Of a stretch of DNA of 64,000 nt, positions 10,005 to 19,118 are shown one piece after another (within the stretch, counting starts at the first letter, position 1; each line of letters starts with the position of its first letter). A program made the position numbers and the translations under genes. The stretch lies in the IMG/VR virus record IMGVR_UViG_3300044712_001255, positions 186,001-250,000 of that record; one strand, written 5' to 3'. Below the pieces are notes generated by a model, which saw only the letters and a program-made list of their open reading frames with translations, was not told where the DNA came from and did not search any database.

Positions 10005-10625
10005 ATGAAGGAACGAGTAAAGGCACAGAAGGAACGCATCCGTCGTCTGATAGCTCGAACAGCAGAGGCTCTTACCGCGGCAAAGAATCACTCTCACGGT
10101 GGAACACTATTGATGTCAACATCACAGCGTTCACGTGGCGGGCGCGCAGTCATAGACGTATACGTGGATTCAAAAGATCCGCTGAAAGACGAGCTCGTCA
10201 GCTACTTGCGTAAGAAGCTTCCCAAGGAGTTCAAGCGAGTTCACGAAGACAAGCAGGAAGAACTGCACCTTGAATCGCTATTGAGAGAGTACGTTGACAT
10301 CACGCTTCGTGGTGGAGGTGGGTGGAACTCACAAGCCCAACCAATACCGTCTGCAACGGCTCCCAAGGGCACACCGCTTGGTCTGGATATTCAACCGAAC
10401 AACTCTAAGTGGAATAAGGATGCTCTTGATGCAGATGAAGCAGGCGTAGCTGATCACTTGCAAGATCCAGACGCAGAGGATCCTGCTGGTGACACGTTTG
10501 GCCCGCTCTACTCAAAGGATCGCTACAAGACTGCACGCTGCAAAATGGACCCGGTGCCCAAGGGTGCCGTGGTGCAGGACGACCCGTTTGTTGGTGACGC
10601 TTATCCTTCGCGCCGCATTGGGTGA
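10005..10625 (+). CDS. hypothetical protein
   Basis: ORF; start placed at MKERVKAQ. Confidence 0.55.
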   Translation: MKERVKAQKERIRRLIARTAEALTAAKNHSHGGTLLMSTSQRSRGGRAVIDVYVDSKDPLKDELVSYLRKKLPKEFKRVHEDKQEELHLESLLREYVDITLRGGGGWNSQAQPIPSATAPKGTPLGLDIQPNNSKWNKDALDADEAGVADHLQDPDAEDPAGDTFGPLYSKDRYKTARCKMDPVPKGAVVQDDPFVGDAYPSRRIG

Positions 10626-10832
10626 TTAGTCGAACTCAATTACCTCAAAAACAAAATCATTTTTGATGTCATAGCGTTCAATACCCATCGATCGTCGAAG
10701 GACAACGACCTTGCGATAGTGCTCAGCATCGCTGTCGGTGTTTGCAATGACGATGCCTACCTCAAATTCATTCTTTGCAGGAATGAACACCAGCGTTCCT
10801 GGCTCGAGTTTTGAGGCAAGTTCATAGAACAT
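10626..10832 (-). CDS. 'PGD' family SH3-like protein
   Basis: KLEPGTLVF...GIVIAN. Confidence 0.6.
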   Translation of the reverse strand: MFYELASKLEPGTLVFIPAKNEFEVGIVIANTDSDAEHYRKVVVLRRSMGIERYDIKNDFVFEVIEFD

Positions 10833-11105
10833 CTACTCATAAGTAGACTCTCTGATGACTCCAAATCGTACAGCGTTGGAATCAGAATAAGAAAGATTCC
10901 AATAATCAAAGATCACATTGTTACGCAATATTGAGAGTTCAACTCGTGAGTCAAAAACTTTAACAGCAATTACAAGTGATTTGGGATATTTCGCCACAGT
11001 GCCGAGTGGCGTAGAAAATGCTACTATAACATCACCCGGGAGTGTCTTGCGATAGTCTACCCAGGTGACATTGCGATCAAAGTACAGCGATGTAATAGTC
11101 GACAT
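10833..11105 (-). CDS. 'PGD' family SH3-like protein
   Basis: TLPGDVIV...SLVIAV. Confidence 0.6.
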   Translation of the reverse strand: MSTITSLYFDRNVTWVDYRKTLPGDVIVAFSTPLGTVAKYPKSLVIAVKVFDSRVELSILRNNVIFDYWNLSYSDSNAVRFGVIRESTYE

Positions 11106-11847
11106 CGCGATTACGCTCCAGCTCTCCTGACAAGACACGCTCCTTCAACGAAGAGATAGCCTTACCCAAAGCAGGACCAGGGGCAATGCCAAACTTCTCA
11201 GAAATGACAAGTCCAAGTCCCTTGGGAAGAACGTTGCGATCGGCGTCGGCCTTCTTGATCTTTTCAATATAGGATTCAAGGTCATCAATGCGACGTTGGT
11301 GCTGCAAGAACTTCTCACGACGACCGGTGGTGACGTCTGCGCGTACAAAGCGCAAGAGAGCAGGCAGCCGAGGCCCACACTCAGTGATCAAGCGACGAAC
11401 GCCCGAATCCGACCACTCATCAACGCATTCCACGCGACCAGAATTGCGAATGAGCCATTCGATTTCCTCTGCCTGATCCTGTTCGTCATCCCACAGGTGA
11501 GTGCGCTTGGCAATAACGCGGAACATGTCAGCGCCACACGCTTCGTGGCCGTGAAAGGTCACCTCACGATTGATGATGCGAAAACATATAGGCTTACCGA
11601 TGTCGTGTAGTAGAGCAGTCCAACGCTGCGAAAGCGTCAGAGTGGTCTGAGCGACCACCTGGCGGGTGTGAGCCCACAGATCCTTGTGATGAACGCCATC
11701 GCCGAACCCAATGATGTTCATGAGCTCGGGAAAGAACAGCTTCACATCTGCCTGTTGCACGAGGTGCGTGAGTCGATCATTCGAGATAGTATGAGCGAGC
11801 AATTGAGAATCGATATATTGCTTCGTCAATGACATTGTGCTAATCAT
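11077..11847 (-). CDS. stand-alone HD phosphohydrolase resembling the C-terminal HD region of CCA-adding enzymes
   Basis: HHKDLWAHT, ALLHDIGKP, TFHGHEACGA, RADVTT; no nucleotidyltransferase head (no DxD domain). Confidence 0.8.
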   Translation of the reverse strand: MISTMSLTKQYIDSQLLAHTISNDRLTHLVQQADVKLFFPELMNIIGFGDGVHHKDLWAHTRQVVAQTTLTLSQRWTALLHDIGKPICFRIINREVTFHGHEACGADMFRVIAKRTHLWDDEQDQAEEIEWLIRNSGRVECVDEWSDSGVRRLITECGPRLPALLRFVRADVTTGRREKFLQHQRRIDDLESYIEKIKKADADRNVLPKGLGLVISEKFGIAPGPALGKAISSLKERVLSGELERNRDVDYYIAVL

Positions 11848-12028
11848 CCCAACTAGGGTTATGTGTCACGGGCTCAATGTGAAGTTCAACTGTCAACTTT
11901 GTTTTTGCGCCTTGAAGGATTTCATTTACAATTGTCCAATTCTCGGCGAGATAACTGTCATCAGTAACGATGCTCTCAAGTGTGACAGCAAGCTTCGTAG
12001 CTAACGCGACAAGTTCTTCCTTACTCAT
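11840..12028 (-). CDS. hypothetical protein
   Basis: SD AGGAGG upstream; overlaps HD gene start. Confidence 0.55.
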   Translation of the reverse strand: MSKEELVALATKLAVTLESIVTDDSYLAENWTIVNEILQGAKTKLTVELHIEPVTHNPSWDD

Positions 12029-12085
12029 ATGACAATACCTCCTGTCGGCGCGATCTGCACCGACACAATGATAGATATCGAAAAA

Positions 12086-12433
12086 TCAACCAACGATTTG
12101 ATTGATCAGCGTATCTAACGCATGTCTCACGCGACAGAGGTCAACAACGTCAACTCGCCGCAAGTATGATTTTGAAATGGGCCATTGAATTCCTTCAACG
12201 TTGTCGTATGCTGGCATGAGGTCAGTTGCCTCAACGCACCATACCATTTCACCTTCAATTTTGTCAACTCTATAAAGAGTCTTAGAGATCATCCCAGACA
12301 TTTCAGCATAGGCTACAATATCACCAACGTTTATCCTTGGGATGAGTCCTGTGGTGACTAGCATACGTCCACCCGTAGATTGTAGAGGTCCTGTGGCCCC
12401 CATGGGTCCAAATGTAATTGTGTTTGACATCAC
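12086..12433 (-). CDS. SH3-like protein with C-terminal 'DLCxxRxxLD' helix (paralog 1 of 3)
   Basis: INVGDIVAY...LYRVDK...VDVVDLCRVRHALDTLIN. Confidence 0.65.
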   Translation of the reverse strand: MMSNTITFGPMGATGPLQSTGGRMLVTTGLIPRINVGDIVAYAEMSGMISKTLYRVDKIEGEMVWCVEATDLMPAYDNVEGIQWPISKSYLRRVDVVDLCRVRHALDTLINQIVG

Positions 12434-12717
12434 GTGCCTTGCACACCGTCTTCGTCATCTTTGGCGATCGAATCGACTTCGGCGTTAATGAATAGATCAA
12501 TCTTTAGGCGTGCCGCCGCGAGGTCAGTCAAGACAACTGGCCGCATGTAACACGCTTGGAAACGTTTCTTGCGCCCTCTTGGCCCATCAAGATTTCCCCA
12601 CAACGATATCACAGGTTCTACGAGAAAATAGCTTGGATCTTTGTACGTTTCCACCACACGATACACAAAATCATGATGATCTACGTGCGTACACAACGAT
12701 CCAATCTTATACATCAA
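12430..12717 (-). CDS. SH3-like protein (paralog 2 of 3)
   Basis: YKIGSLC...VYRVVE...VVLTDLAAARLKIDLFIN. Confidence 0.65.
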   Translation of the reverse strand: MMYKIGSLCTHVDHHDFVYRVVETYKDPSYFLVEPVISLWGNLDGPRGRKKRFQACYMRPVVLTDLAAARLKIDLFINAEVDSIAKDDEDGVQGT

Positions 12718-12965
12718 TTGCTCTTTTCGTTTTTGTTTGCTGAGAACACTCTCACATTTTCAATGTTCAATAGAATACGGCACCCAATGCACTCTTTCTG
12801 AGTTATGAACACTTCTTGCAGATCGTGATGATCTATGATGGGTAGTCCACATGCTGGACACCGCACCTCAATTGTGCCTGCCGCATGGCACTTTATGATG
12901 TCATTCACGGTGTCACGGACGGTGTCACTCAGTTCCTGTTGCTTCTTCTTGTGCTTCATTGCCAT
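12714..12965 (-). CDS. small zinc-ribbon protein
   Basis: CPAC...CIGC. Confidence 0.6.
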   Translation of the reverse strand: MAMKHKKKQQELSDTVRDTVNDIIKCHAAGTIEVRCPACGLPIIDHHDLQEVFITQKECIGCRILLNIENVRVFSANKNEKSN

Positions 12966-13416
12966 CTGCAGCTCCTGTGCACGATTCTACAACGTCTGAA
13001 ACGAGCTGATCAATGAGCGTGCGGAGTTTGCAAAGGTCTACGATGTCAATCCGCATCAACCTACAAGAGTCGTAAGTTGTGCGACCACGATCACGTGCTG
13101 CCCTGTTGGGAACAGGAGATAATAACACAAGTGGCTTCACTTGCGTACGCCATATTGGTGATCCAGCGACTGGCGTCTTCGTTGTTTTGTACCGCGTGCG
13201 TCCTGTTTTTGGGTCTTTGTATGATCTCGACCAATTCGTCTTGGTTCGAAAACGTATCTTGCCTGGCTCTTCGTGCTTTTCAACCCTGTAGATCGTATTA
13301 GCCGCTGATCCGGTGGCGCCAACAACATAGACATATGATCCCACCGGAAATGCATTTTCTGGCGTGTCTTCAATCGTCTTGAATCTTGTCCTTAATTCCT
13401 TGAGAGTGCGTGCCAT
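12925..13416 (-). CDS. SH3-like protein (paralog 3 of 3)
   Basis: FPVGSYVY...IYRVEK...IDIVDLCKLRTLIDQLVS. Confidence 0.65.
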   Translation of the reverse strand: MARTLKELRTRFKTIEDTPENAFPVGSYVYVVGATGSAANTIYRVEKHEEPGKIRFRTKTNWSRSYKDPKTGRTRYKTTKTPVAGSPIWRTQVKPLVLLSPVPNRAARDRGRTTYDSCRLMRIDIVDLCKLRTLIDQLVSDVVESCTGAADGNEAQEEATGTE

Positions 13417-13447
13417 ACTAACATTTTACGCACCGGGAACGCAATTT

Positions 13448-13690
13448 TCAACTCGCAAGACGCTCTATGATTGCAAACCATTCATAGGCAAGGATTATCT
13501 CATCAGATGCTTCGCCCGTGGGCAGGAGCAATTTTATGCGTACAGCAGTATCGTATCTCCTGCTATTTTTCTTCACCTCGATAACGATACCAGTGCGTTG
13601 CGACAAGAACGTCAATGGAACGTTGGTCTCGGACCGCCACGCAAGCACGTAGTCACCGGGTACGATTTCGCATGTCTGTACTTGTTCCAT
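13448..13690 (-). CDS. 'PGD' array paralog
   Basis: EIVPGDYVL...GIVIEV. Confidence 0.7.
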   Translation of the reverse strand: MEQVQTCEIVPGDYVLAWRSETNVPLTFLSQRTGIVIEVKKNSRRYDTAVRIKLLLPTGEASDEIILAYEWFAIIERLAS

Positions 13691-13732
13691 TTAGAACATC
13701 CTAACTCGTGTGTCACGATGCTACACAAATAA

Positions 13733-13981
13733 TTACGTCTTCACAGATACAGAAGCCCCCACAGGCACCTCAAGATTTAACACGTAGTCGTCTTGCAGCA
13801 CCTGAAGCTTTATGACATGAGGATTGTCGCTTGAGCAGACGGGACCACTTACGATGACGCCCCAGTTCCAACGGAAGTAGGTGACGCGGAGGCCGTTTGT
13901 CGTCTTCCACTCCCAATCTCCAAGAACTTCGTCTCCTTCAAGCAGATCTTTGACGTTTCTACGAACGCTGTTGGCTGACAC
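13733..13981 (-). CDS. 'PGD' array paralog
   Basis: DLLEGDEVL...GVIVSG; SD GGAGGAG. Confidence 0.65.
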   Translation of the reverse strand: MSANSVRRNVKDLLEGDEVLGDWEWKTTNGLRVTYFRWNWGVIVSGPVCSSDNPHVIKLQVLQDDYVLNLEVPVGASVSVKT

Positions 13982-14028
13982 TTCACGGCCCTCCTCCCGT
14001 TGATAGGTAGGCTGTGAATCAATGTCGT

Positions 14029-14304
14029 TTATCTCTCGTAGATTCTAAATGGACATTTGTATGAGTAGAAACGTGTGTGTACGCTATTTGACGTATCAAG
14101 TGTGGTTATGTCGATCCATTTCATACCATCAACATTTTCTTCTGTCAAGATGCTGATGACCATTTGTGGTCCACTTTGCACGAGTAACGCGTCACCAGGA
14201 TGTTCAGAGTCGATGAAATATCCGACAACGACATCACCCGGTATCAAATCACATGCCGAGATGTCGATTGTATTTTCACTCGTTTGAGTACACTTCATAT
14301 TCAA
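14029..14304 (-). CDS. 'PGD' array paralog
   Basis: DLIPGDVVV...MVISI. Confidence 0.7.
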   Translation of the reverse strand: MNMKCTQTSENTIDISACDLIPGDVVVGYFIDSEHPGDALLVQSGPQMVISILTEENVDGMKWIDITTLDTSNSVHTRFYSYKCPFRIYER

Positions 14305-14506
14305 GAATTACTGAGCAGGTGATGACAATCACATTTGACTTCAAAAGTAATTTGACACGATTAAATTTCCAGTTTTCTTCACGGCCTATCACGAGCGCGT
14401 TCTTGAACGCCTCTTGCTTGCCATCTTCGCCAGTTACAGCATAGCGTACATTACCCGTCAACAAATCGCCAGGACTAAAATCATAAGCATATTTCCACTC
14501 AATCAT
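14276..14506 (-). CDS. 'PGD' array paralog
   Basis: DFSPGDLLTG...ALVIG. Confidence 0.7.
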   Translation of the reverse strand: MIEWKYAYDFSPGDLLTGNVRYAVTGEDGKQEAFKNALVIGREENWKFNRVKLLLKSNVIVITCSVILEYEVYSNE

Positions 14507-14765
14507 GAGCGTAGATTTCTATTTGTTCTTCTTTGTTGCGATGAATTGTGACTATGTGATGATTCTGTAAAAAGAGAGTGATGACGTATACGTCATAAGA
14601 GAAATTTCCTCTTAGCGTTGTGATAAATGAACATTTGCTAATCACCATTGCATTCACCCATGCCTTACTTTTAATAGACGGAGTTGGATTAAGAAGACCA
14701 TCTTTCCAAGTGCCTGTAAGCAAATCACCAGGCACAAGTTCGTCAACTGTGACATACTTCAACAT
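14499..14765 (-). CDS. 'PGD' array paralog
   Basis: ELVPGDLLTG...AMVISK. Confidence 0.7.
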   Translation of the reverse strand: MLKYVTVDELVPGDLLTGTWKDGLLNPTPSIKSKAWVNAMVISKCSFITTLRGNFSYDVYVITLFLQNHHIVTIHRNKEEQIEIYAHD

Positions 14766-15018
14766 CGCGAAAGACCTCGTAGCGCTCATGTTGAGAGCCT
14801 GACGCGTTATACCATCTGTGACACACTTCACCATTTGGTAGCATCACTGTCAACCCGAATAAGTCACTGTGCTGTGAGCTGATGATCATGACGTTTGCAT
14901 AATCGCGCACGTAAGAAATATCAGCTTTACGCGGTGGTGGATTTAAGAACTTGATTTTACCAGTCAACACGTCACCAGGTATCAGTTCACTGCCATGTAC
15001 GTAGATACACTCATTCAT
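14743..15018 (-). CDS. 'PGD' array paralog
   Basis: ELIPGDVLTG...VMIISS. Confidence 0.7.
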   Translation of the reverse strand: MNECIYVHGSELIPGDVLTGKIKFLNPPPRKADISYVRDYANVMIISSQHSDLFGLTVMLPNGEVCHRWYNASGSQHERYEVFRDVEVCHS

Positions 15019-15349
15019 CGTACTTTTCCCTTACACAACGCAAAGAACAACCACGTACGAACCCGGAAATAACCCCTGAGTCTGATGCTGATAATGGCAC
15101 GACCTCATTGTTTGTTGTGAGCACCGTAATCTTCCAAGGAAAAGTTATATGTTCACCTTCAACCAACGTAGTGCTACACAACGTAGGCGTCTTTGAAAGC
15201 AAGATGCAGCGTTTAGTCAGCGTGTATTTCAGTCCATCGTTCGCCCAAATTTGCGACGGCTCATATTCTGAATGATAGTTGTGCCATATCCACGTGACTG
15301 CATCACCCGGTTCAATGAGAGCTATGCCAACAGCGTCTATGGGCTTCAC
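15011..15349 (-). CDS. 'PGD' array paralog
   Basis: LIEPGDAVTW...CILLSK. Confidence 0.7.
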   Translation of the reverse strand: MKPIDAVGIALIEPGDAVTWIWHNYHSEYEPSQIWANDGLKYTLTKRCILLSKTPTLCSTTLVEGEHITFPWKITVLTTNNEVVPLSASDSGVISGFVRGCSLRCVREKYDE

Positions 15350-15361
15350 ATTTCAATGATA

Positions 15362-15622
15362 TCACATTTTACACACGTCTGCATCGCGCTTGAGTCGAAG
15401 GGTGTACCAATCACCCAAGCAATACGTTTGCAGTACAGCATCATGGTAGATATAGCTTATGGAATATAGATCGTTTTTAGCGCCTTTTAGCTCAATGCTA
15501 ATCACAAGCTTTGGAAATGATTGCTCTTCTACATAACATGACATCGATGTAGGGTAAAATGCACAGAATATTGTGTCTCCCGGTTCAAGCTGATTGACTT
15601 CTATATGTTCTAAGTTGTTCAT
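15362..15622 (-). CDS. 'PGD' array paralog
   Basis: QLEPGDTIF...KLVISI. Confidence 0.7.
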   Translation of the reverse strand: MNNLEHIEVNQLEPGDTIFCAFYPTSMSCYVEEQSFPKLVISIELKGAKNDLYSISYIYHDAVLQTYCLGDWYTLRLKRDADVCKM

Positions 15623-15831
15623 TCATTATCTCGTGGTCTGTATATGTCAATTTCTTCTTCACCGCTCAACGGATAACACGATTCGCCGTGAAATGCAGGC
15701 ATAAACGTGATGTTCCAAAATCTGGACATGAGCTTGTGCGGTGGGATGACAGACACGATGAGGTAATGCTTGCCTTGAAAGAGATTGACGTCTCCTGGCA
15801 TAACGTCTTTGACTTTCATTTTTTCAAACAT
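15619..15831 (-). CDS. 'PGD' array paralog
   Basis: DVMPGDVNL...YLIVSV. Confidence 0.7.
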   Translation of the reverse strand: MFEKMKVKDVMPGDVNLFQGKHYLIVSVIPPHKLMSRFWNITFMPAFHGESCYPLSGEEEIDIYRPRDNE

Positions 15832-16078
15832 CGTCGTCCCTAAGCAACGTGACAAAGCCATCTGCGTCATCTTTTACGACAAGCGTCTCAGCTAGCAATT
15901 CATTGTGGTGTATTTCTCCGTCTTCTAACCAATAAACACATACCATCGATTTGGTGAATACGCTATCAGGGACGAGGCGCGTGACTGCGACTATTATTTG
16001 TGACGTTGGTGAATCATCTCGCTTGCGACCGACCAACCAATCGCCAGGAACGAGCTCGTCCATTCTGCAATTCATCAT
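15824..16078 (-). CDS. 'PGD' array paralog
   Basis: ELVPGDWLV...QIIVAV. Confidence 0.7.
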   Translation of the reverse strand: MMNCRMDELVPGDWLVGRKRDDSPTSQIIVAVTRLVPDSVFTKSMVCVYWLEDGEIHHNELLAETLVVKDDADGFVTLLRDDDV

Positions 16079-16317
16079 TCACCTTCGCGTGAAAATCGGT
16101 ACACTTCTCGTGTCTTCCAATGCGTTACTCTAAATAGATGTCCCTGAGTATTGAGAAATGTCAAACTACATGACCCGCTATCGAAAAAAATTGCAATCAA
16201 TAACTTGTGAAAGTGAGCATTTCCTTTATGACCTTCCCACGCAAACACATCACCGGGCAGCAGTCGCGCTATGTAAGTCTTTGTGAAAAGTTTATCTGAT
16301 GACATAGATGATATCAC
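16075..16317 (-). CDS. 'PGD' array paralog
   Basis: RLLPGDVFAW...KLLIAI. Confidence 0.7.
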   Translation of the reverse strand: MISSMSSDKLFTKTYIARLLPGDVFAWEGHKGNAHFHKLLIAIFFDSGSCSLTFLNTQGHLFRVTHWKTREVYRFSREGE

Positions 16318-16519
16318 TTGGAGAAGTTACGTACTCGCTTACGTCTGTTCTACCACGTTCTAACATCGTAAACTTAATGCTACCATGACGCAATTCATTA
16401 ACAGCAACAATTAAACATGCGTGAAGCCACTCATACACAAGGTGTTCGATACCCAGCCCAACGATTGTATCGCCAGGATATGCATCTTTTGCGCGCAGCT
16501 TTATCGCATCACTCTGCAT
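16292..16519 (-). CDS. 'PGD' array paralog
   Basis: DAYPGDTIV...CLIVAV. Confidence 0.7.
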   Translation of the reverse strand: MQSDAIKLRAKDAYPGDTIVGLGIEHLVYEWLHACLIVAVNELRHGSIKFTMLERGRTDVSEYVTSPSDIIYVIR

Positions 16520-16718
16520 ATCGCCAACACGCTACGTGCAAGTTGCCGTAATTCGTTATCGAATGATACCCATATTTCCCAATATAAGTGATATTAACTT
16601 TATCACCATGATTTTCATGAATTACAGAGATTACCAATTTACGATCCCCTAGATACCAAAGCCTAGCGTATAGATCTCCTGGCAGAAGATCATTGTACGT
16701 GCACTCTGAAAATTGCAT
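16509..16718 (-). CDS. 'PGD' array paralog
   Basis: DLLPGDLY...KLVISV. Confidence 0.7.
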   Translation of the reverse strand: MQFSECTYNDLLPGDLYARLWYLGDRKLVISVIHENHGDKVNITYIGKYGYHSITNYGNLHVACWRYAE

Positions 16719-16764
16719 ATCCTCTACAATAGAACAACACAATCATGTGATGTACCATCATTGC

Positions 16765-17472
16765 ATGCTAAAGTATCTCGTGTGCACAATGTATTGCGGT
16801 GAGCCTGACCTTCCGCATCATCTGAAGGCGATATCGCAACAAGGCGTTGAGATTGATCACAGGATCATCAGCTTCAAGAACGAGATGGAGGCACACAATG
16901 CCGTGTACTCTGCCTTCAACACAGCAGGTCCTGAGTGGATTCGTGCCAAGATTGATGCAGATGTGGTGCTGACGCCCAGTGTACTGGCTCGCATAGACGC
17001 GCCGTCAAACGCGTGGATTGACCCACAGACACACGACTTCTTCACGGATAAACTGCTACATGCCGGTGTGGCAATATATGGTAGCAGCGTCAGATTTCGA
17101 GTGCAGACTGACCCTCTGAAGTGTGATCGCAATGTGATAATCCCACCAGTAAATCAATGCGGTATTGGAGTGATTGGAACACACGCTGCACACGCAGATG
17201 AAATCACCGGATTTCACTTTGGATTTCACAGGGGCCTGAAGAGCCAGCTTCCCGTCTATGAGGACTTGCTGGCTGCATATAAGAAACACGGAGATCGAGT
17301 GCGGCTCATGGCAATTCGCGGGTTTGAACTCGGACAGTCAGATCGCTACAAGGAATGGCACCTTGGAGGAAAGCCTGTGACTGCAGACCACAACTACGGC
17401 GACGGCTTGCGACAGTTATTCGATGAGTTCAAGGGCGATGACGCACCCGTGCTTACTCGTACGTGGCGATAG
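16765..17472 (+). CDS. putative glycosyltransferase (GT-A-like) on the opposite strand inside the array
   Basis: YLVCTMYCGE N-terminal strand and AKIDADVVL DxD motif; TACCAT-6nt-ATG start. Confidence 0.55.
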   Translation: MLKYLVCTMYCGEPDLPHHLKAISQQGVEIDHRIISFKNEMEAHNAVYSAFNTAGPEWIRAKIDADVVLTPSVLARIDAPSNAWIDPQTHDFFTDKLLHAGVAIYGSSVRFRVQTDPLKCDRNVIIPPVNQCGIGVIGTHAAHADEITGFHFGFHRGLKSQLPVYEDLLAAYKKHGDRVRLMAIRGFELGQSDRYKEWHLGGKPVTADHNYGDGLRQLFDEFKGDDAPVLTRTWR

Positions 17473-17473
17473 A

Positions 17474-17704
17474 TCACTTTATTCGCAACACTGGATCATT
17501 CTTTGTGAATTGTAGCTCTTTGTAGCAGTTATTCCATCTTGGCCACAAGACACCAATAAGCCAGTGAAATGGCATCTCAGGGTCGCGACGTGACGTTATT
17601 GCTATGGCGAAAAATTTTGGATGGAATGCACATTCAACAAAGAACATGTCACCAGGCAAAATGTCTTTGGCAAGTACCGGTTCAGTGTATTGATCATCAT
17701 TCAT
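17474..17704 (-). CDS. 'PGD' array paralog
   Basis: DILPGDMFF...FFAIAI. Confidence 0.7.
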   Translation of the reverse strand: MNDDQYTEPVLAKDILPGDMFFVECAFHPKFFAIAITSRRDPEMPFHWLIGVLWPRWNNCYKELQFTKNDPVLRIK

Positions 17705-17901
17705 GCTAGTCGACTCACAAGGTAGATTGAGTCATATTGTCCCAAGTACCATTCTTGTACATTTGTGTCTGATAAACAGATTAACTTACGACTACGTTCA
17801 CGATTATCAACGAGTATGGCAATCACGAGTAGCAATGATTCATCCCTTGCGACCAAGAGATCACCAGGATGGATTTTATCATATTGAATGTAGACGCCCA
17901 T
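17701..17901 (-). CDS. 'PGD' array paralog
   Basis: KIHPGDLLV...LLVIAI. Confidence 0.7.
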   Translation of the reverse strand: MGVYIQYDKIHPGDLLVARDESLLLVIAILVDNRERSRKLICLSDTNVQEWYLGQYDSIYLVSRLA

Positions 17902-18233
17902 TATCCCTCGATCCCGTAGTACCCATAACAATTCGCCCACCGCGGCATAATCCACGTGCTGAAGAGACCACGATTGTCGATCACAAAGAACCCGCGGTGT
18001 GAAGAAGATATACCCACTTCATTGCTTATCTCCGACACAATAAGACAACGACATATTGTTAACGATCCAGAGTCAAATGCTAATGCTTGCGTCCCAGGAG
18101 AAAAGTCCTGTATGATATATGGTCGCAAAATTTTGAGCATTTCTACCTTTGATAATCCAACGTAAGGTTCTGATGAGAACGATGCTTGTGGCAACGATAG
18201 AAAAAACTCTTCAAGTTCCGGATTGATTATCAT
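17901..18233 (-). CDS. 'PGD' array paralog (extended N-terminus)
   Basis: DFSPGTQAL...CLIVSE. Confidence 0.6.
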   Translation of the reverse strand: MIINPELEEFFLSLPQASFSSEPYVGLSKVEMLKILRPYIIQDFSPGTQALAFDSGSLTICRCLIVSEISNEVGISSSHRGFFVIDNRGLFSTWIMPRWANCYGYYGIEG

Positions 18234-18534
18234 GTTCTTCGCTATTGTCTATGGCAAAGCTGGACTCGGTACGCGAAACATACCCTAAACTTGCATCAAT
18301 AACTGTTCGTCGCAACACACCACAAGCGTCTAACACATAGATTGATGAGTATGCATGTATGTCGTCTTCGCTTAGTTTGTCCTTATTCACCGCTATGACA
18401 AGTAGCGGATTGTGTATTAGCCTGTTATATCCTTCATCAAAATCAGGTAGCGTACTCTTGTGAGGAATGTTATTGAAATCACCTTCTCGTGTCCAGTACA
18501 CAAGGTCACCAGGCTTTGGAACGCAAAACCTCAT
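18211..18534 (-). CDS. 'PGD' array paralog
   Basis: PKPGDLVYW...LLVIAV. Confidence 0.7.
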   Translation of the reverse strand: MRFCVPKPGDLVYWTREGDFNNIPHKSTLPDFDEGYNRLIHNPLLVIAVNKDKLSEDDIHAYSSIYVLDACGVLRRTVIDASLGYVSRTESSFAIDNSEEHDNQSGT

Positions 18535-18719
18535 AGGATTTCACCATCTCTCAGGACGACGAAGCGTTCATTGTTAACAATTCGACATGTTACAACGTGC
18601 GTCGTTCCAAATTGAATTATTGATAACATGACGTAGACATCAAATTGAATTGACACGACAAGATAGTTCGTATCTCTATACAAGATGATATCGCCCGGTT
18701 GTATGTCCTTGATCAACAC
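18531..18719 (-). CDS. 'PGD' array paralog
   Basis: DIQPGDIIL...YLVVSI. Confidence 0.7.
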   Translation of the reverse strand: MLIKDIQPGDIILYRDTNYLVVSIQFDVYVMLSIIQFGTTHVVTCRIVNNERFVVLRDGEIL

Positions 18720-18934
18720 GATTCATCTCGTATGATGTTCCAAATTGGATGAATGGGATGACGATCTACGAAGCACAACTTACCTTGCGTTAGGTAGTGC
18801 AAATTCACATATCCATAATGATTGTCTACGCTAACAATAAGTATGTGGCGACGATTAGATGGCCATCCAGGCATTATTGCCAAATCACCGGGCAATAGCT
18901 GATTAGTTTTGACTTCAATCATTGATGCACTCAA
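18713..18934 (-). CDS. 'PGD' array paralog
   Basis: QLLPGDLAI...ILIVSV. Confidence 0.7.
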   Translation of the reverse strand: MSASMIEVKTNQLLPGDLAIMPGWPSNRRHILIVSVDNHYGYVNLHYLTQGKLCFVDRHPIHPIWNIIRDESC

Positions 18935-19118
18935 CAGAAAGCGTCTCTAGATAGCGCTTATATACGCGGCCAGTGAGTATGTCTGAATCATTCAAGACAG
19001 TAAATTCACATACATCATTCTCGAATACGAGAATTGATATCAGCATAGTCAACTTACTACCGCCGACGTAGTACACATCGCCTGGTGTAAGGTTGATTGC
19101 CGTTTTACGTGACATCAC
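18915..19118 (-). CDS. 'PGD' array paralog
   Basis: NLTPGDVYY...MLISI. Confidence 0.7.
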   Translation of the reverse strand: MMSRKTAINLTPGDVYYVGGSKLTMLISILVFENDVCEFTVLNDSDILTGRVYKRYLETLSVECIND

